A stretch of 64,000 nucleotides of DNA, taken from Squalus acanthias (lineage: Eukaryota). The translations under genes were made by a program, and so were the position numbers. The notes beneath the pieces are model-generated. The model searched no databases. It had not been told where the DNA came from and was given only the letters and a program-made list of their open reading frames with translations. Below are positions 63,690-64,000 of the stretch, piece by piece (the stretch's first letter is position 1; the number at the start of each line of letters is the position of its first letter). Where the stretch lies: contig CM059438.1 in assembly GCA_030390025.1 (NCBI GenBank), positions 69,628,001-69,692,000 on the forward strand. The letters are read 5' to 3'.

Positions 63690-63940
63690 ATTGAACAGTT
63701 GAACTCCTTGCTCCTCTTTCAAAAGGTGCCAAGGAATCTTTTCTCTCCACCAAAACAGGCAGACAGGGCCTTACAGTTTTACATTACATTCGCAAGATGA
63801 TGCCTCCTATAAGGCAGCATTCCCTCAGTACTTCACTTGGTGTCAGCCTAGATTACATGCTCAAATCCTGGAATGAGGCTTAAATCCACAACCTTCTCAC
63901 TGAGGTGAGAGGTCTATCAACTGATCCAAGCTAACACTAA
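63690..63940 (-). mobile_element. Deu-domain SINE with tRNA-like head
   Basis: GCAGCATTCCCTCAGTACT..TGTCAGCCTAGATT..CCACAACCTTCT is the inverse of the SINE head and core. Confidence 0.7.
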
Positions 63941-64000
63941 TATAAAAAGGTTGTGGGGAAAAAGCTCCGAAAGATATATAAATTCAGTGCAGGCAAAAGG

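Noticed and set aside
1..64000. Host protein-coding gene, rRNA, tRNA or CRISPR array
   Set aside because: All recognisable ORFs are transposon-derived. No spliceable non-TE exon, full tRNA cloverleaf or repeat-spacer array was seen. A short host exon could have been missed.

Overview
Eukaryotic, repeat-dense DNA, most likely from a cartilaginous fish (shark). This is inferred from the mix of CR1 LINEs, Deu-domain SINEs, L2, RTE, Vingi-like and Penelope-like elements. I found no host protein-coding exon, so this looks like a large intron or intergenic region; nearly all ORFs in the track are transposon-derived or spurious. Main contents: (1) a young Gypsy/Ty3 element (29970-33956, minus) with an uninterrupted 1259-aa gag-pol frame, a YLDN RT motif, a single 183-bp LTR and a clean target-site duplication (TSD), nested in a near full-length CR1 that itself split an L2; (2) two full-length PIF/Harbinger transposons with convergent transposase and spliced Myb/SANT genes, two further remnants and several MITEs; (3) a three-member MITE family with covarying hairpins, promoter-like motifs and splice donors; (4) Penelope-type insertions with minimal hammerhead-ribozyme motifs, one a perfect 90-bp-arm palindrome; (5) a strong CTCF-like core plus upstream motif at about 50.5 kb. 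Family names come from motif recognition by eye, not from database searches. Boundaries of old repeats are approximate.
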